Source of the DNA: a virus
Lineage: Duplodnaviria; Caudoviricetes
DNA: 64,000 nucleotides
Strand: one strand, 5' to 3'
IMG/VR virus record: IMGVR_UViG_3300029305_003178
Span: 128,001-192,000 of that record
Each line of letters begins with the position of its first letter. The stretch's first letter is position 1. The translations under genes and the position numbers were made by a program. The notes below the pieces were generated by a model. The model did no database searches. It was not told where the DNA came from and worked only from the letters and a program-made list of their open reading frames with translations. This document shows positions 59,497-64,000 of the stretch, in pieces.

Positions 59497-59521
59497 AATT
59501 CATCATAATAATATATATTTA

Positions 59522-62500
59522 TTATTCGTTATAAATTTCTTCTAAATGACGTTTTAATTCAATAAGAACTTTATTTGCAAACATCGTATAGATGATTGAT
59601 GGAGTCATACGAGCTAATACGGCATTTGGACTTAGGAATGCAGATACTTCTTCATTTGGTCTATATTCGGAATAGGGCTCATAACCTTCTGGAACTACTT
59701 CACCAATGATAGATTTTAAGGCACTAAAGAAAGTTATTTTGTCACCTACAGTAAGGACATCTCGATATTTAATATAGAATTCGATTAATACACCATCAAA
59801 TAACTCTCTACCTTTAATCTTACCATTTGTACCTGGTTCTAATTTCTTAGTACTTTCTGTAATCATCATACCTGCTTTAACAATACTATCTGTTTTATCA
59901 TATTTATTAAGCAGATTCTTTTTCTTATTGATTTTGCCATAATATTGTGTTACTAATCTTCTAAGACTAGGAGATAGTTCATCTAATTCAACTGAAGTAT
60001 AGATTTTAATATCTTCAATAACACCAGCATATTTAGTTTTAATAGGATATTTACCTAAAGACTTAATCTCATCAATAGCTAAATCATCACCAATGTCTGC
60101 TAAGAATTTATTGTATACATCATTATCAAATGATGTTTCATATTCAATGAGGACATCGTCAACTTTAACAACATCACCAATATTTACCATATTAGAGATA
60201 TTAGCATTTTTACCTATAACAACATCTTTCATCATAATAATATCAGATGCCATTTCCTCAGACATTTTCTTAGTAACATATGTAGAGTCTTCATATGTAA
60301 TATAAGAAGACATGATAGCAATTTTCTGCATAGAACCGATGTTAAAACGATTACCATGAAGAGTTTCATTACTAAAGAATTTATTTTCATATGCTACAAT
60401 ATCATTAGCTTTTACCTTATCTCCAACCTTTAAATCACATTGTAATTGATTGGATAAATAAAAACCTGAGTCAGAGTTTTTAACAATTCTTGGTTTAATG
60501 TCAATTGCTTTATGGGTACCATCATTATAAGCAATAACAGCAATACCAACATCTTCATTTATTTCTACAATTTTACCATCCTTTTCAGCTCTTACAATAA
60601 AGTCATCGGACAGATATTGTTGGATTACCTGCTCAGCACCATTGGAAATAAGTACTGGAGAAGATTTTGCAACTGGAACTGTGTGCTTTGACTGCTTCGC
60701 TGCCATTGCTGTACGTGATGAGTCATCGTGTGTAATACCCATAGTAGTCAGAAGCTCGGAAGGAGAAAATAAATTAACATCGGACAGTTCATTGATTTTA
60801 TCATCATTAATATCAATAAAACCTCTCGCATTTTTAACATTAGGTTCCATTGTAAGGAATCTAGAAACACCTACATTACCATCAGGTGATGTATTGATTG
60901 CTAAGATACCGGCCATAGTTTTATCATAAGTTCTCTTATCGAGAGTATATGCTTCAGACACGTTTAAACCATTATAGCCCTTATAGGTAATAGCTCTCGT
61001 CTTTTCCAATTCATATATTGGATTTAATGTAGAAATTGATTCTACTGTCTGTAAAGCCATTAATTCTTTAATAACAGCATTTCTAGGCATAGAAATTTTA
61101 ATTGGATTTTTATTATATGCTGTTGCTTTGTATTTACCATAAGCATTAGCTAATTCTTTATAGAACAGAGCATTTACAACTTCATTCGATCTAATTCTAT
61201 AAAGATTCATATTGTTTTCTCTAATATATTTATTATCACCGAGCAATACATTTGCACATAATACAACACTAACGAAATCAGTAGGATAGTCTAATTCTTC
61301 TAATACTTCTTTAGTAATTGGATCTATCATAAAATCGTAGAATGTATCAAATGCGTTTGCTAAGTTTCTAGCACTATATAAAATATCAAATAATTCCACA
61401 TATGTATTTTTATCATCGAAGTCAGCATAATTATAAGATTTTGTGGGTAAATATAATAATGCATTTAATAATAAAGAATTTTCAATGGGATATCTATCGA
61501 ATACGAGATAACCATCAGCAAATTCAACATATGTTTCATTATCGGATACTTTTGGTCTAGTATCTGAGAAATAATGTCTAACATTACCTTTTTTCAATAC
61601 AGTAGATAAGCCCTCACAATAACCAACTAACAGGACTATAGGAACCTTCTTACCCATTACTGTTGCTCTACTATACATAAATTTCTTTGTAGTAACATCA
61701 GTTTCTTCATAAGTTTTCTGGAAAGATGGATCCATAATAGATACAATATAATCAATCATATCCAATTCACCAATCTTTTCAGTTTTTTTATCTAATAAAA
61801 TAGGTTTTTCACCTTTAAGAAAACCTATACAAATTTTATCATCTGGAATCTTAGTTGATCCTAATCTATCATGGATATCTTTCTGGTTAAAAATAATTTC
61901 GTTACCATTAGATTTAATACTATTGATAGATTGAGAAATATCATCATATTCTAAAGTTGTATTATAATTGAAGTTGATCTCGGATGCATCACCCATCAGT
62001 ACTTTAACTTTAGGATTAGTCGCAGATAAAGCTTTTTTAAATCTCTCTGCTTTAGGAGTTAATTTTGCACCAATTCTATAAATAAAGATTTTATTATAGT
62101 TAGTACAAATCTGAACTTCATCTGGACCAGTTTTACAAATTGGTTTCATAAACAGCTGTTTATTAATAATTTTTCTATTACCATCAATATATAAGAATTT
62201 ATCATCAACGAACTTAGGAATATCTACAACTACTGTATGTCTAACTCTATTAGCATCTTCGAGTTTAATTGTATATGTATCCATATAATTCAATTCATCA
62301 GAACTATCTTTAATATCGATATCTAATACATAAACTGGAATAGATTTATCATTTAAAGCCGTGATAGAGTTGACGAAGTCCTGCTTCATTAATTTGTCAT
62401 TATATTCTTTCTCAAACTTATTAAATCTAATTTTTGTAGCATTAGGATTAGTGGTAGTTACCTTAGATGAAATGTCTGTAACTGGAAGTGGTTTACTATT

Positions 62501-63649
62501 ATCCATCTTCTTAATATCACCTAAAGTTTTACCTTCTAATTTAATCTTTTGCTGTTTTTTCTTTAGCTCTTCATCACGTTTAAGAGATGCTGTTGTCTTA
62601 CCAGTAGATTTAACTTGTTGAATATTGTATATATCTGATAATAACTCATTATCAACTTCAATCTCATCATCATCGATATCCAATTCTTTCTTAAGTTCTT
62701 CTTTCTCATTTTTAAGAACTTCAGTTTTATCTATATTCTTCTCAGCTATTTTACTAGCAATTTTCTCTTCTTTTGGTACTTCTTTTAATGTATCTGGTGT
62801 TATAGCTATAACATCATTTTCATCAGATTTTTTATTTTTTTCATCTGATTTTGTACCAGTAAAATTATACTCTGGAGCAATAGTTGTGACTATTTTATCC
62901 TTTAACTCAGATTTAGTTAATTCTTTTTCAAAAGTTTCTTCATCATCTAAATTAATATGTTTGAGTATAGTATTTAGTCTCTGCTTAAAAATAGGAAAAT
63001 CTTTTTCTTCACATTTAGATGGATTGAATCTAAATATGCTATCTGTTGTATATAAAAAGATTTCTTTATCCCCAAGCTTTTTAAATGTATCAAAATATTT
63101 TTTATATGCTGTAAAAATATAAATAATTGGATTATCAATTTTATTAAACTTCATCCAACTATCAATATTAATAAAAATAAATTTATTATTATATGATGAT
63201 ACAATCTGATTAGACATGATTTTATTAAAATAATTAATATACTCTTCAATCTTTCTTTTCATTGAAGGTACCTTAATATATTTAAAGAAAATCTGATTAT
63301 ATACAGAAATATCATAATATAAATTCTTATGATTAATTACATCAAATCTCATAGGAGTCTGTAATCCATATTTTGTTGAAATCTGTTTATATAATACTTT
63401 TCTACTATCTTTATAATCAAGTCTAACTTGCTTATTTACAATCTTTTCAAAGTATTTTGCATCAATATAATAATTTCTATAATATCTTCTAGGGTTTATT
63501 AATTTATTTCCGATAAGTAATGAAATATCCTTAGTATCATTATTATTTAAGATAATAAGATTATCTTTATTACTATCATCGGAGGCATCAGGCATCCATA
63601 CACCTAATTTATATACCTTCAAATAAGGTATTTCGTTAATATATAACAT
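59522..63649 (-). CDS. Multisubunit RNA polymerase beta-like subunit (probably virion RNAP; lacks the beta C-terminus)
   Basis: FLYIDGNRKIINKQL, TSPDGNVG, DDSSRTAMAAKQSKHTVPV, TYEDS, VGDKIT..LKSIIG, VLARMT; late motif at 63678-63689. Confidence 0.9.
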   Translation of the reverse strand: MLYINEIPYLKVYKLGVWMPDASDDSNKDNLIILNNNDTKDISLLIGNKLINPRRYYRNYYIDAKYFEKIVNKQVRLDYKDSRKVLYKQISTKYGLQTPMRFDVINHKNLYYDISVYNQIFFKYIKVPSMKRKIEEYINYFNKIMSNQIVSSYNNKFIFINIDSWMKFNKIDNPIIYIFTAYKKYFDTFKKLGDKEIFLYTTDSIFRFNPSKCEEKDFPIFKQRLNTILKHINLDDEETFEKELTKSELKDKIVTTIAPEYNFTGTKSDEKNKKSDENDVIAITPDTLKEVPKEEKIASKIAEKNIDKTEVLKNEKEELKKELDIDDDEIEVDNELLSDIYNIQQVKSTGKTTASLKRDEELKKKQQKIKLEGKTLGDIKKMDNSKPLPVTDISSKVTTTNPNATKIRFNKFEKEYNDKLMKQDFVNSITALNDKSIPVYVLDIDIKDSSDELNYMDTYTIKLEDANRVRHTVVVDIPKFVDDKFLYIDGNRKIINKQLFMKPICKTGPDEVQICTNYNKIFIYRIGAKLTPKAERFKKALSATNPKVKVLMGDASEINFNYNTTLEYDDISQSINSIKSNGNEIIFNQKDIHDRLGSTKIPDDKICIGFLKGEKPILLDKKTEKIGELDMIDYIVSIMDPSFQKTYEETDVTTKKFMYSRATVMGKKVPIVLLVGYCEGLSTVLKKGNVRHYFSDTRPKVSDNETYVEFADGYLVFDRYPIENSLLLNALLYLPTKSYNYADFDDKNTYVELFDILYSARNLANAFDTFYDFMIDPITKEVLEELDYPTDFVSVVLCANVLLGDNKYIRENNMNLYRIRSNEVVNALFYKELANAYGKYKATAYNKNPIKISMPRNAVIKELMALQTVESISTLNPIYELEKTRAITYKGYNGLNVSEAYTLDKRTYDKTMAGILAINTSPDGNVGVSRFLTMEPNVKNARGFIDINDDKINELSDVNLFSPSELLTTMGITHDDSSRTAMAAKQSKHTVPVAKSSPVLISNGAEQVIQQYLSDDFIVRAEKDGKIVEINEDVGIAVIAYNDGTHKAIDIKPRIVKNSDSGFYLSNQLQCDLKVGDKVKANDIVAYENKFFSNETLHGNRFNIGSMQKIAIMSSYITYEDSTYVTKKMSEEMASDIIMMKDVVIGKNANISNMVNIGDVVKVDDVLIEYETSFDNDVYNKFLADIGDDLAIDEIKSLGKYPIKTKYAGVIEDIKIYTSVELDELSPSLRRLVTQYYGKINKKKNLLNKYDKTDSIVKAGMMITESTKKLEPGTNGKIKGRELFDGVLIEFYIKYRDVLTVGDKITFFSALKSIIGEVVPEGYEPYSEYRPNEEVSAFLSPNAVLARMTPSIIYTMFANKVLIELKRHLEEIYNE

Positions 63650-64000
63650 TATTTTACCCCCTTCTTTGATTTTGTATTAACTAAATGTTTTTCACATAGG
63701 AATCGACATAAAAATACAAAGACGAACCCCAAGTACACTCTTCATGTAATAGAATGCACTTGGGGAACTGTATATAAAACTAGAATTCTAGCATTTTAAA
63801 TTTTAAGTACTTATAACTAATAAATGCAAAGCATTATTGAACTCCTGCGGAACCATTTAACCGATTTAGCCGACCGGCGAGGCTAACTTTCGTTATCCAG
63901 TATTATGATAGAAATTCCTCATCTTAGTAAATTTTGTAGTTTACCGAATCGGAACATAGTAAATTTCAGTAATAAAAAATATAGAGCCTTGTCTTGCAAG

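Noticed and set aside
1-64000. CRISPR array, tRNA genes, introns/inteins or diversity-generating retroelement
   Set aside because: No regularly spaced repeats, cloverleaf, reverse transcriptase, or interrupted terminase/RNAP motifs were seen by eye. A covariance-model search was not run.
1-64000. Alternative genetic code (stop-codon reassignment)
   Set aside because: Standard-code ORFs are long, tile the window densely and end at terminators.
1-64000. Phage-nucleus (chimallin/PhuZ) system
   Set aside because: No tubulin signature or recognisable chimallin in this window; the rest of the genome cannot be judged from here.

Overview
This is an AT-rich, gene-dense segment of a jumbo myovirus of the phiKZ/AR9 (PBS1)-like type, which encode their own multisubunit RNA polymerases. 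The host is probably a Firmicute, judging by the AGGAGG/AGGTGA ribosome-binding sites and Gram-positive-type cell-wall enzymes. The window holds most of the virion module: portal, tail sheath and tube, terminase, major capsid with a fused C-terminal Ig/Fn3-associated domain, baseplate genes, a 2873-aa tape measure with M23 and lysozyme domains, and many probable inner-head proteins. It also holds split RNAP subunits (a 1375-aa beta fragment and a 249-aa beta-prime C-terminal fragment), a split family-B DNA polymerase fragment, FEN/RNase H-like, PC4-like and RusA genes, and small early-gene islands. Reading the intergenic DNA by eye shows two phage promoter classes: TATATATTAT (often with an upstream CGTWTTT box) and AACA-N6-TA, the latter matching the AR9 late promoter. 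These promoters point to two ORF-free, structured, terminator-bounded units that are candidate phage ncRNAs (about 1993-2142 early and about 41053-41270 late), and to small ORFs missed by the ORF track. Other highlights are an orphan HicA, a single-chain tandem MazF/PemK-HTH protein, and a late three-enzyme polyprotein with prohead-protease-like sites between its domains. All family calls come from motif recognition by eye; no database search was run.
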